DNA from: a virus
Strand: one strand, 5' to 3'
Virus record (IMG/VR): IMGVR_UViG_3300045988_156067
Length of the DNA stretch: 35,026 nt
Below, piece by piece: positions 13,391 through 21,571 of this stretch (position 1 is its first letter; each line of letters begins with the position of its first letter). A program made the position numbers and the translations under genes. The notes below the pieces were generated by a model. The model was not told the DNA's origin and did not search any database. It saw nothing but the letters and a program-made list of their open reading frames with translations.

Positions 13391-14728
13391 ATGATGTATC
13401 GGCGACCTTTTTACTACATCCAGTCCCCTGATGAACCAATGACCATCGAAAAGCTGCAATACTGGTTACAGCAACACACAGTGGACTGCAAACGGCTGCA
13501 ATATCTGAAAGATTTGTACGAGGGACGGCATCCCATTCAGCTGCAGCCAAAGAAAGAACCGTGGAAGCCGGACAACCGCATTATCTGCAACTTTGCAAAA
13601 TACATTGTCGATACCTTCAACGGCTATTTTATCGGGATTCCTGTCAAAACCATGCACCCAGATGCAGCCGTTGCAGAAACATTGGAAGCCATTCAGCAGT
13701 ACAACGACCAAGACGACAACAACTATGAACTTGCAAAATATTGCAGCATTTACGGGAACGGGTTTGAATTGCTTTACACAGACGAAACCGCCCACATTTG
13801 CACAACCTATCTTTCCCCGCTGGAATGCTTTGTTGTCTATGATGATTCCGTTGCAAGAAAACCTTTGTACGGGGTGCGATACTGCCGGGCAACGGATAAC
13901 ATCCTGATGGGCAGTGTTTACAGCCAAACGGAAGAAATTCCGTTCTCAGATGCGGGGGACGGACTGCGGTTTGATGACCCGAAGCCGCATTACTTCGGCG
14001 GCGTTCCGCTGATTGAATATATTGAAAATGAAGAGCGGCAGGGAACATTTGAACAGGTGGAAAGTGCTATCACGGCGTATGAAAAGGCAATCTCAGAAAA
14101 AGCCAACGATGTGGATTACTTTGCGGATGCGTATTTGCTGCTGATGGGGCTGCAGGTGGACGAAGAAAATCTGCATACCATTCGCAGCGACCGTGTGATT
14201 CACGTGCCGCCGATGGATGCGGACGATATAAACGCCATTCGGGTCGAATTCCTGCAAAAGCCTGCCGCGGACGCTACGCAGGAAAACTTGCTGAACCGGC
14301 TGGAAGACCAGATTTTTGCACAGTCCATGGTTGCAAATATTTCGGATGAATCCTTCGGCAGCAGTTCCGGCACGGCGTTGGCGTACAAACTACAGCCGAT
14401 GAAAAACCAAGCAGCTGCAAAAAGCCGAAAGTTTGCCAGTGCCATGAATCAGCGTTGGCGACTGATTGCCGCCCATCCAGCCAGCAAACTGGCGACTGAT
14501 GACTGGATGCAAATTACTTACCGCTTTACGCAAAACGCCCCGAAGAACCTGCTGGAGGAAGCCCAGACTGCTGCACAGATGGCAGGGATCACATCCAAGG
14601 AAACACAGCTTTCTGTCATTTCTGCGGTGGATGACCCACAGACAGAACTGGAGAAAATCGACTTGGAGAACGGCGGTGAGGCGGCGGATGCGTTACAGGC
14701 GGAGCGGGTGACAGGCGATGCAGAGTGA
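13391..14728 (+). CDS. Portal protein (SPP1 gp6-like)
   Basis: 445 aa, positioned after terL. YLKDLYEGRHPI...PDNRIICNFAKYIVDTFNGYFIGIPV fits the SPP1-type portal pattern. Confidence 0.9.
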   Translation: MMYRRPFYYIQSPDEPMTIEKLQYWLQQHTVDCKRLQYLKDLYEGRHPIQLQPKKEPWKPDNRIICNFAKYIVDTFNGYFIGIPVKTMHPDAAVAETLEAIQQYNDQDDNNYELAKYCSIYGNGFELLYTDETAHICTTYLSPLECFVVYDDSVARKPLYGVRYCRATDNILMGSVYSQTEEIPFSDAGDGLRFDDPKPHYFGGVPLIEYIENEERQGTFEQVESAITAYEKAISEKANDVDYFADAYLLLMGLQVDEENLHTIRSDRVIHVPPMDADDINAIRVEFLQKPAADATQENLLNRLEDQIFAQSMVANISDESFGSSSGTALAYKLQPMKNQAAAKSRKFASAMNQRWRLIAAHPASKLATDDWMQITYRFTQNAPKNLLEEAQTAAQMAGITSKETQLSVISAVDDPQTELEKIDLENGGEAADALQAERVTGDAE

Positions 14729-16034
14729 TACCTACTGGAGCAAGCGGCTGCAAGAATTGGATGCCTCTTTAAGCAAAGACGAAAAGCAGCTCTTCTCGGA
14801 GTTATCAAAATACTATGAACAGGAATATGCAGCACTGGACAAAGAAATCGCAGCGTACTATGCAAAATATGGTGAAGAGAATGTGATTGCCTTCCGAACA
14901 TTGCTGCTAGAATTACCGGATGCAGACAAGCAACTGCTGCTGCAAAACATGGATGAATTTGCAAAGCAATATCCAGAGTTTGCCGAACTGCTCCCTGTTC
15001 GGGAAAGCATTTACAAACTGAACCGCTTGGAAGGCTTACAAACTTCCAGCGTGTTGCAGCAGTTGAAAATCGGAGCGATTGAGCAAACGAAATTTCGAGA
15101 ACACTTTGAGAAACAGGTGTTGAAATATGCAAACTATGCAGCGGAGAAGTTGGGATTCGGGACGAATTTTTACCGGATTGATAGCGAGATGCTGCAAGTT
15201 GTGATTGGAAATCCTTGGTGTAATGGCAAAGATTTTTCTGAACGGATTTGGGCAAACCGAGAAGCCTTAGCACAGACTTTACAAAACGAGATTGCAAACG
15301 GTCTGATTCGTGGTGAAGATTATAGGACCATGTCAAGAATCTTGCAGCAGAAGTTTGAAAATACATCGCAGAAGCAAGCAGAACGGCTGGTTTTTACAGA
15401 AGATACGTACTTATCCAATGAAGCGAAAATTCGACCATTTGAACGGAATGCAGCTTATACGCATTATGAATATCTCTGTGTAGAAGACCACCGCACCTGT
15501 GAAACTTGCCGTGCGTTGAGTGGACAGACATTTGAAATCAGCAAACGGAATGCCGGCTTGAATTTCCCACCGATGCACCCTTGGTGCAGATGTACCGTTA
15601 TGCCGGTGGTCGAGGATTTGGCGACGATAAAGAGGCGGTTGAACGCCGATTCTGGAAGTGGAAAATCAGATGCAATTTTATTGACAGATACGCAGAAAGA
15701 TGGTATAATAAAAACAGATGAAAGATTTGAGATTCATCCAGATAAAATAAAAAAGTTTTTGTTGAAACCAGGTGCGAAGCATTCAAAAGAATTTTTTGAT
15801 GTTGGCTATACACCTGATGATTATGAGTTGCTTTTCGATGACATCGCATTGAATTTCAATATGGAAACAGCTTTTGCACGCATAGAAAAGCCAGATGGTT
15901 CTATTGATTTTTGTATGTATATGGATTTGGGAGTAACAAAAAAGAGAAATTTTAAAGTAGTTTGGAAAAAAGATAATTCAGAAAGTAAGCCACGATTGAT
16001 TACAGCTCATCGAGAAGGGAAAAAACATGTTTGA
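14718..16034 (+). CDS. MuF/SPP1 gp7-family head morphogenesis protein fused to an extra ~124-aa C-terminal domain (DUF6883-like by recollection)
   Basis: The MuF core signature is CVEDHRTCETCRALSGQTFE...NFPPMHPWCRCTVMPV, ending near 15610. A linker ADSGSGKS follows, then an AT-rich extension: HPDKIKKFLLKPGAKHSKEFFDVGYTPDDYELL...VVWKKDNSESKPRLITAHRE. Confidence 0.88.
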   Translation: MQSDTYWSKRLQELDASLSKDEKQLFSELSKYYEQEYAALDKEIAAYYAKYGEENVIAFRTLLLELPDADKQLLLQNMDEFAKQYPEFAELLPVRESIYKLNRLEGLQTSSVLQQLKIGAIEQTKFREHFEKQVLKYANYAAEKLGFGTNFYRIDSEMLQVVIGNPWCNGKDFSERIWANREALAQTLQNEIANGLIRGEDYRTMSRILQQKFENTSQKQAERLVFTEDTYLSNEAKIRPFERNAAYTHYEYLCVEDHRTCETCRALSGQTFEISKRNAGLNFPPMHPWCRCTVMPVVEDLATIKRRLNADSGSGKSDAILLTDTQKDGIIKTDERFEIHPDKIKKFLLKPGAKHSKEFFDVGYTPDDYELLFDDIALNFNMETAFARIEKPDGSIDFCMYMDLGVTKKRNFKVVWKKDNSESKPRLITAHREGKKHV

Positions 16035-16230
16035 ATTATTTGAAAAAGTTTTAATAAAAGAAAAGAATATTCCTGGCACAATTGTGGACATTACAACGAT
16101 AAAAGGTAAGAAAATAATTACAGTTGAAAGTGATATAGAAGGAAAACAAGAAGGCGGTTATGGCGAGCGTTTTCCTTTGTTTACATGCTATGAAAATCAA
16201 CTGCAACGCTTAACCACAAACAAGAAGTAA
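16027..16230 (+). CDS. Small protein translationally coupled to the MuF C-terminal domain (DUF4926-like SH3-type fold by recollection); candidate immunity/partner protein
   Basis: 67 aa, MFELFEKVLIKEKNIPGTIVDITTIKGKKIITVESD.... Its ATG lies 8 nt before the MuF stop. It has the same very low G+C as the MuF extension. Confidence 0.7.
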   Translation: MFELFEKVLIKEKNIPGTIVDITTIKGKKIITVESDIEGKQEGGYGERFPLFTCYENQLQRLTTNKK

Positions 16231-16247
16231 AATTTTGAGGTGATTAT

Positions 16248-16601
16248 ATGGCGAAAGATGATATGGAAATTATCATGTACAAAATTCTCAAATATCTATA
16301 TGAGTGCCTGAAATCCGGAAGAAAAACATCGATTGCAGATGTTGCATGGGAATGTCGCCTGTTCCATATTACAAGAACATACTGGCTTGTAATTATGCGA
16401 GAATTGATTGAATCCGGATATGTTTCTGGCATTCAGTACATTGCCGCAAAGGATATGGAACAGATTTTAGAAGTCGGTACGTTTTCAATTACGAAAGCAG
16501 GCAGAGAATATTTGTCCCAAAACAGCATGATGCAGAAAGCAAAGGAATTTCTTGGGAAACCATTTGAGATTCTTCTTGGTGCTGTAATTGGAAGACTATA
16601 A
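16248..16601 (+). CDS. YjcQ-like winged-helix protein
   Basis: IIMYKILKYLYE...LIESGYVSGI...ITKAGREYLSQNS resembles the Bacillus prophage YjcQ family layout. A TGAGGTGA SD is present. Confidence 0.6.
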   Translation: MAKDDMEIIMYKILKYLYECLKSGRKTSIADVAWECRLFHITRTYWLVIMRELIESGYVSGIQYIAAKDMEQILEVGTFSITKAGREYLSQNSMMQKAKEFLGKPFEILLGAVIGRL

Positions 16602-16638
16602 GAACAGAATATTTACAAAAAAGAATCATTTTTATAAA

Positions 16639-16662
16639 AGCATCTCTCTGAGGTGCTTTTTT
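16639..16662 (+). terminator. Intrinsic terminator (7-bp stem, T6 run); copy 1 of the repeated terminator cassette
   Basis: AGCATCT-ctctg-AGGTGCT followed by TTTTT. The sequence aggtgcttttttcatgcccgaaa recurs at 17055..17077 with one mismatch. Confidence 0.65.
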
Positions 16663-16683
16663 CATGCCCGAAAGGAGAAAAAT

Positions 16684-16947
16684 ATGGAAACAAGCAAACC
16701 AGCAGAATTGAAAGATACAGTAAGTATGATGGGCAGCACAGACTATAAGGAACGCTTTAAGGCGGAGTATATACAGGTGGCTATCCGGTATCGAAAGCTG
16801 AAATGCATGCTTGCCAGATGGGACAAGGGAAAGCTAAACTTTTATCCAACTTGCCCGAGAAGCATTTATGATTTGCAGATTAGAGCGATGGCAGACTATA
16901 TCACCGCTCTGGAAGCCCGTGCAGCAATCGAAAATATCATACTTTAA
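16684..16947 (+). CDS. Conserved small phage protein of unknown function (87 aa)
   Basis: Internal ATG of track ORF 16588, with an AAAGGAGAAAAAT SD. ERFKAEYIQVAIRYRKLKCMLARWDKGKLNF.P.CP...L..Q...M..Y...LE.RA is a pattern I recall from many Firmicutes/crAss-like phage hypotheticals. Confidence 0.65.
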   Translation: METSKPAELKDTVSMMGSTDYKERFKAEYIQVAIRYRKLKCMLARWDKGKLNFYPTCPRSIYDLQIRAMADYITALEARAAIENIIL

Positions 16948-17039
16948 TCACCGCCCCGACCATGGGCAAAAACTGGCGGAGGGACGGAAACCAAGAACAA
17001 ACAAGCCTGTGGGTACGGCGTTCTTTCTATCAACAAATC

Positions 17040-17066
17040 AGCATCTGAGCAATCAGGTGCTTTTTT
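17040..17066 (+). terminator. Intrinsic terminator (9-bp stem, GCAA tetraloop, T6 run); copy 2 of the repeated cassette
   Basis: AGCATCTGA-gcaa-TCAGGTGCT followed by TTTTT. Confidence 0.7.
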
Positions 17067-17095
17067 CATACCCGAAAACAGAAAGGAGCAATCTT

Positions 17096-17365
17096 ATGCA
17101 GCTTCTCTTTTTTCATGCGAACTACTGCCCGCCCTGCAAGCAAATGCAGCCGGTGGCAGAGCAATATGCAGCCCAGACCGGCATTCCGTTGTACACCTTC
17201 CGATCAGATGATGTGTACGGCGGAAATGCCATGGCACGGCAGCACCATGTGAAACGCCTTCCCTGCTTGATTCTTCTGGATGATGATGGCAGAGAACAGG
17301 CTAGAACCGAAGCCGTCCAAACGCTGGAAGGGTTGCGGAAGGTATTTGAAAGGAGTGAATCATAA
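17096..17365 (+). CDS. Thioredoxin-fold protein with a CPPC active site (89 aa)
   Basis: MQLLFFHANYCPPCKQMQPV...VKRLPCLILLDDDG shows a thioredoxin-like beta-alpha-beta start, a CxxC motif and a cis-Pro region. An AAAGGAG SD is present. Its stop overlaps the scaffold start (TAATG). Confidence 0.8.
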   Translation: MQLLFFHANYCPPCKQMQPVAEQYAAQTGIPLYTFRSDDVYGGNAMARQHHVKRLPCLILLDDDGREQARTEAVQTLEGLRKVFERSES

Positions 17366-17901
17366 TGGCAGACAGTACAGAACAGGTTACAACAACCGAA
17401 ACGCCTGTTACGCCGACAGAACCGGCAACGGAGCCTTCTACTTTGACCGCAGAAGCGGTTTCGCAGATGATTGCGGAAGCGTTCCAAGGCTTTGAGCAGC
17501 GGCAGTCAGAAGCAAAGAAACTATCAGAAATGACCGACCAGCAGCGAGCAGAAACGGAGCGGGATTCCTACAAGCAGCAGCTCCATGCCCTGCAAAAGCA
17601 GGTGGAAGCGGCACAAATGCAGAAAACCGCACGGGAAATGCTATCCGAAAAAGGCATTCATTTGCCGGATTCTCTGGTAGCTGCCGTGGTTGCAGAGGAC
17701 GCAAAGACCACCAAAACACAGGTGGAAGCTTTTGCAACGCTGTTTACAGAAGCGGTAGAAAACGCCGTCAAGGAACGCTTAAAGGGCGAACCGCCCAAGA
17801 CCGGAGCGTCAGGACGCATGACGAAAGAACAGATTTTCGCCATTCCTGATGAAGGAAAACGGTTACAGGCGATTCGGGACAACATGAATTTATTTGAGTA
17901 A
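17365..17901 (+). CDS. Capsid scaffolding protein (DUF4355-like)
   Basis: It lies before the capsid gene. It has a low-complexity T/E/P N-terminus, is predicted to be coiled-coil rich, and ends MTKEQIFAIPDEGKRLQAIRDNMNLFE. Confidence 0.85.
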   Translation: MADSTEQVTTTETPVTPTEPATEPSTLTAEAVSQMIAEAFQGFEQRQSEAKKLSEMTDQQRAETERDSYKQQLHALQKQVEAAQMQKTAREMLSEKGIHLPDSLVAAVVAEDAKTTKTQVEAFATLFTEAVENAVKERLKGEPPKTGASGRMTKEQIFAIPDEGKRLQAIRDNMNLFE

Positions 17902-17916
17902 AGGAGTTAATTTATT

Positions 17917-18792
17917 ATGGCAGTACAAGCAAATACCAATTTGACCACCGATTTTGCCAAGGCACAGTCGATTGATTTTACCAATCGCTTTGTCGATGGC
18001 ATCCAGAAATTGCAGGAACTTCTCGGCATTACCAGACGTACGGCAATGGCGAACGGTTCTATCATCAAAGTATACAAAAACAAGGTAACCATGGCGAATG
18101 GAGACGTTGCAGAAGGCGACTTGATTCCGCTGTCCAAGGTGGAAGTAGAGCTGGCAAATACCTATGAACTGGCTTACAAGAAGTACCGGAAGGCAGTAAC
18201 GCTGGAAGCCATCCAACGCAGCGGCTTTGACCTTGCGGTTTCGCAGGCAGACAATGAGTTGTTGAAACAGATTCAGAGCAACATTCGCTCCTCTTTGGTG
18301 ACGTTTTTGGCAACTGGTACTGGTACAGCAACCGGCACTGGCTTTCAAGCCGCCGTAGCAGATGCTTGGGGAAAGTTGCAGGTACTCTTTGAGAATGATG
18401 CAACCGATGGCGTGATTGTGATTGCAAATCCGCAGGATATTTCAAAATATCTTGGGGAGCAGACCAACATTACCACGCAGACTGCTTTTGGCATGACGTA
18501 TTTCCAGACATTTTTGGATGTCAAAGTCATGTCGAACTCCAGTGTTCCGGCAGGAACATTCTATGCAACCGTTGCCGATAACCTGAATCTGGCATATCCG
18601 GCAATCTCCGGCGGGGAAATCAACAAGGCATTCAGCTTTACAACAGATGCAACAGGACTGGTTGGCATTACCCACACCGCAGATTATACGCGTGCAAACT
18701 ATGAGACCACGATTTTAACGGGGTCTGTACTGTTTGCAGAGCGGCTGGACGGCGTCATTGTTGGCACGATTGCTGGCACGACTGGAGCGTAA
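17917..18792 (+). CDS. Major capsid protein
   Basis: 291 aa, immediately after the scaffold gene, with a strong AAGGAG SD. The call rests on synteny; I cannot verify the fold by eye. Confidence 0.82.
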   Translation: MAVQANTNLTTDFAKAQSIDFTNRFVDGIQKLQELLGITRRTAMANGSIIKVYKNKVTMANGDVAEGDLIPLSKVEVELANTYELAYKKYRKAVTLEAIQRSGFDLAVSQADNELLKQIQSNIRSSLVTFLATGTGTATGTGFQAAVADAWGKLQVLFENDATDGVIVIANPQDISKYLGEQTNITTQTAFGMTYFQTFLDVKVMSNSSVPAGTFYATVADNLNLAYPAISGGEINKAFSFTTDATGLVGITHTADYTRANYETTILTGSVLFAERLDGVIVGTIAGTTGA

Positions 18793-18794
18793 GC

Positions 18795-19127
18795 ATGACG
18801 CTACTGGAGCGGGTACAGATTCGATTGCAGGATGAACCGAAAGCGGAGAACACACCGCAATTGCTAGAGCTTTGCGATATTGCAAGCTTGCGAATCTGCT
18901 TGCGAGTGCGAGAAACAACGCTGCCGGAAATGTTAGAACCGATTGCAGCGGAAGTCGTGGTCAAGCTGTTTCGACGTTGGAATTATGAGGGCATTCGTTC
19001 TGAAGGAGCGGATACAATTTCCACTACGTTTGTGGAAGATGTTCTGGCGGAATACGAAGATGAGTTTACCGCTTATCGAGAAACCAAGGCGGCGGAAAAC
19101 GGCAGCGGCACGGTTCATTTTTTGTGA
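18795..19127 (+). CDS. Head-tail connector (gp6-like DNA-packaging/adaptor protein)
   Basis: Called from size, position and the N-terminal pattern MTLLERVQIRLQD......LLELCDIASLRICL. Confidence 0.6.
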   Translation: MTLLERVQIRLQDEPKAENTPQLLELCDIASLRICLRVRETTLPEMLEPIAAEVVVKLFRRWNYEGIRSEGADTISTTFVEDVLAEYEDEFTAYRETKAAENGSGTVHFL

Positions 19128-19142
19128 TAGGAGGCAGCAACC

Positions 19143-19490
19143 ATGCACTATTTCCCCATTCATCTCTTAAAAGCCATCCAGACCGGAACAGATATTTTAG
19201 GCAATCCTATTACTACATTACAAGAGCCTTGTGCAGCTTGTAATGGGTATACAGGACGATTCACAGAATGGACGGCAGAGGATGCGGAGCTAGTCGGGCG
19301 AGATGTTACCCAAACGCAGCGAAAACTGTTGACAGATGCTCCGCTGGCACGCTGTAAAGAAGCAGATGTGGTGCGTGCTGGTTCGGAAGACTATCGGATT
19401 ACTTCCATCAAAGATTTGCATGGGCGGTGGCGGATGTTGTATCTGGAACGATGGTATCAAACCCTCCCAGAACGGAGATGCACAACGTGA
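19143..19490 (+). CDS. Head closure / head-tail joining protein
   Basis: Called from synteny only. Confidence 0.5.
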   Translation: MHYFPIHLLKAIQTGTDILGNPITTLQEPCAACNGYTGRFTEWTAEDAELVGRDVTQTQRKLLTDAPLARCKEADVVRAGSEDYRITSIKDLHGRWRMLYLERWYQTLPERRCTT

Positions 19491-19888
19491 AAATCAAAAT
19501 CATTCTAAACGGAACAGAAGAGTTAGTTGCTGCACTGGAGCAAAAATCAAAATCGGATTTCGTTGCAGTTTGTAACCGAACCGTTGGCTTGTTGACACGG
19601 GAAGCAACGAGAAACACGCCTGCTGATACAGGAAAGCTGCGGCAGAGCATCCGAACTGAATTGCCGAAAGAATCGGATACTACCATCAATGGAGCGGTCG
19701 GCTACACGCTGCACTATGCACCCCATGTAGAATATGGGCATCGGCAGCAGCCGGGACGATTCGTTCCACAGATTGGGAAACGACTGAAAGCCTCCTATGT
19801 TCCGGGGCAACGGTTTTTGCAGCGTTCTGTAGAAGCCGTTCGCCCTCAATTTGAACAGATGCTAAAAGATGAGCTAAAGGAGGACTGA
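19478..19888 (+). CDS. HK97 gp10-family tail-completion protein
   Basis: TRNTPADTGKLRQSIRTE...VGYTLHYAPHVEYGH is the gp10 signature. The alternative GTG start at 19487 forms a GTGA overlap with the previous stop. Confidence 0.75.
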   Translation: MHNVKIKIILNGTEELVAALEQKSKSDFVAVCNRTVGLLTREATRNTPADTGKLRQSIRTELPKESDTTINGAVGYTLHYAPHVEYGHRQQPGRFVPQIGKRLKASYVPGQRFLQRSVEAVRPQFEQMLKDELKED

Positions 19889-19895
19889 GGTCAGA

Positions 19896-20309
19896 ATGAT
19901 GCTGCGAAAAGCCGGCTTTGCGGAGATTGCCGCTGCTGTGCTGCAAAATCTCCGGAAAAATACCGGTTATGCTTGTTATGATGCTGTGGAGAAGGACACC
20001 CCTTCTCCATTTCTATTTGTAGAGATGGTCGGAAAACGGGATGCTTCCAGTAAAACGATGTTCAAGGAAATTTTTACCGTACAGATTCATGCGATTGCAA
20101 CACCGAGCGATGCCAGAACAGAAATTTACAGCATGATACAGTCGGTAGAAGAATCGTTGACGGAATCCATCATGCTTCCGGACGGAATTACACTGGTGCT
20201 GCAAACAGAAACCGGTGTGCAGTCTTTGCAGCAGGACGAAACAAACGAATATCATGCCGTGATTTCCTATGAAATCATGGTGAGTTATGGATTGAAATGT
20301 AAGATTTAG
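19896..20309 (+). CDS. Tail terminator / tail-completion protein candidate
   Basis: Called from synteny, between the gp10-like gene and the major tail protein gene. Confidence 0.5.
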   Translation: MMLRKAGFAEIAAAVLQNLRKNTGYACYDAVEKDTPSPFLFVEMVGKRDASSKTMFKEIFTVQIHAIATPSDARTEIYSMIQSVEESLTESIMLPDGITLVLQTETGVQSLQQDETNEYHAVISYEIMVSYGLKCKI

Positions 20310-20320
20310 GAGGAAATACG

Positions 20321-20836
20321 ATGTCAAGTTATGATAACAATTTTTACTGTGATTTTTCAGAAGATGCGGCAAAAGCCGGGAAGGACATTCTGCTTTGCAT
20401 CTACAACGCAGACGGTTCCAAGCTGCTTGCAATTTCAGGGCAGCAGAATTTAACCATTAACCGCAGTGCTGACACGGTGGAAGTGTCCAGCAAAGACACA
20501 AAAGGCGGCTGGAAAAAACAGATTCCCGGCATGAAAGAATGGTCGATTGACAACGATGGTATTTACATTCTGAATGCAGAATCGCACAAGCTGCTCGGGC
20601 AATATTTTGAGAACGGCGATATGGTCTGCTTGAAGGTCATTGATGCCAAGGAGAAAAAGCCGCTGTTTGGCGGTCTGGCTTGCATTACAGACTATTCGCT
20701 GGAAGCTCCATACGATGACAGCATGACCTATTCTTTGAGCTTTTCTGGCAACGGTGCTTTAACAGACTTAACAAATCTCTCCACGGAAGATGCTACAAAG
20801 GTAACGGATATGCCGGAAGATTTGACAACGGAATAA
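20321..20836 (+). CDS. Major tail protein (phi13/Phage_tail_2-like)
   Basis: GQQNLTINRSADTVEVSSKDTKGGWKKQIPGMKEWSIDNDGIY....FGGLACITDYSLEAPYDDSMTYSLSFSGNGAL fits the family pattern. Confidence 0.85.
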   Translation: MSSYDNNFYCDFSEDAAKAGKDILLCIYNADGSKLLAISGQQNLTINRSADTVEVSSKDTKGGWKKQIPGMKEWSIDNDGIYILNAESHKLLGQYFENGDMVCLKVIDAKEKKPLFGGLACITDYSLEAPYDDSMTYSLSFSGNGALTDLTNLSTEDATKVTDMPEDLTTE

Positions 20837-20846
20837 GGAGGAACTT

Positions 20847-21158
20847 ATGCAAACCTATTTTATCAAAGACAAAGAATATCACTTGCATTACACCATCGGC
20901 AGAATGGAGCAGTTGGAAAAGATACTTGGAAATGCCATTACTGGCGTGATGGTTTCCATCACAAATGGAAAATATCCAACCATTTCCGAACTCTGCACGC
21001 TGTTTGCTTACGGCTTGTCAGATGACCGAGGGGACTATGCTCCTATCAAGAAGGCTCTGGAATTTGCCCAGCAGCAGGTACAGGATGTTGGATATGGTAC
21101 ACTGTTTACAGCAACGCTGGAACAGATTCAGGAGGACTGCGGTTTTTTATTCCGGTAA
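20847..21158 (+). CDS. Tail assembly chaperone (gpG-like)
   Basis: It lies after the major tail gene and has a slippery heptamer 7 nt before its stop. Confidence 0.75.
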   Translation: MQTYFIKDKEYHLHYTIGRMEQLEKILGNAITGVMVSITNGKYPTISELCTLFAYGLSDDRGDYAPIKKALEFAQQQVQDVGYGTLFTATLEQIQEDCGFLFR

Positions 21159-21571
21159 GGCTGGTGGAATGGGAATATTTTCCGACCAGTAAAGAAAAGC
21201 CTGACCTAGAAGCGGAACAGTTCCGAAAAAGCCAAGATTTCGCTTTTTTTGCGGTACAATTCGGCTATTCCAAAGCAGATTACAACGCCCTGACCGAAAC
21301 GGAACGGGCGTTGATTTTAAAAGCGTATGAAAACAAAGTCGTAGCAGATACCAACCTTTTGGCAGGTGCGGTTCTAAATGCAGTTTCCAATGCGTTCCGG
21401 AAAAAGGGTAAAAAGCCGCAGAAGCTCTGGAAAAAGCAGCCGAAGCATACCAACAAAGAACGACAGCAACAGCTCGTGCAGCAGGTTCTGGAAGCCGATG
21501 CAGCACAAGGAACGGCATGGGTAGAAGCGATTTACAAAGCAAACGGGCGGAAACGAAAGAAGGTGTCGTGA
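20847..21571 (+). CDS. Frameshifted chaperone fusion (gpGT-like), joined at 21143..21149
   Basis: Track ORF 21164..21571 lies in the -1 frame relative to 20847..21158 (20847 mod 3 = 0, 21164 mod 3 = 2). No stop separates the slip site from it. Confidence 0.65.
21143..21149 (+). promoter_or_regulatory. -1 programmed ribosomal frameshift site T_TTT_TTA
   Basis: The zero-frame codons are ggT TTT TTA (G F L). The -1 frame is open from 21143 through 21571. Confidence 0.7.

Noticed and set aside
14518-15366. Long antisense ORF (282 aa) opposite the portal/MuF genes. Similar long minus-strand ORFs occur at 3919..4635, 7493..8122, 9753..10256, 10453..10926, 12908..13459, 23672..24253, 24538..25053 and 29976..30512.
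   Set aside because: Each lies wholly inside a well-supported + strand gene, lacks an SD, and has the Ser/Cys/Arg/Leu-rich composition of antisense shadow frames.
16612-16638. TTTACA...TATAAA as a promoter for the 87-aa moron.
   Set aside because: The spacer is only 15 bp and the predicted start falls inside the terminator hairpin, which is too weak to report as a feature.
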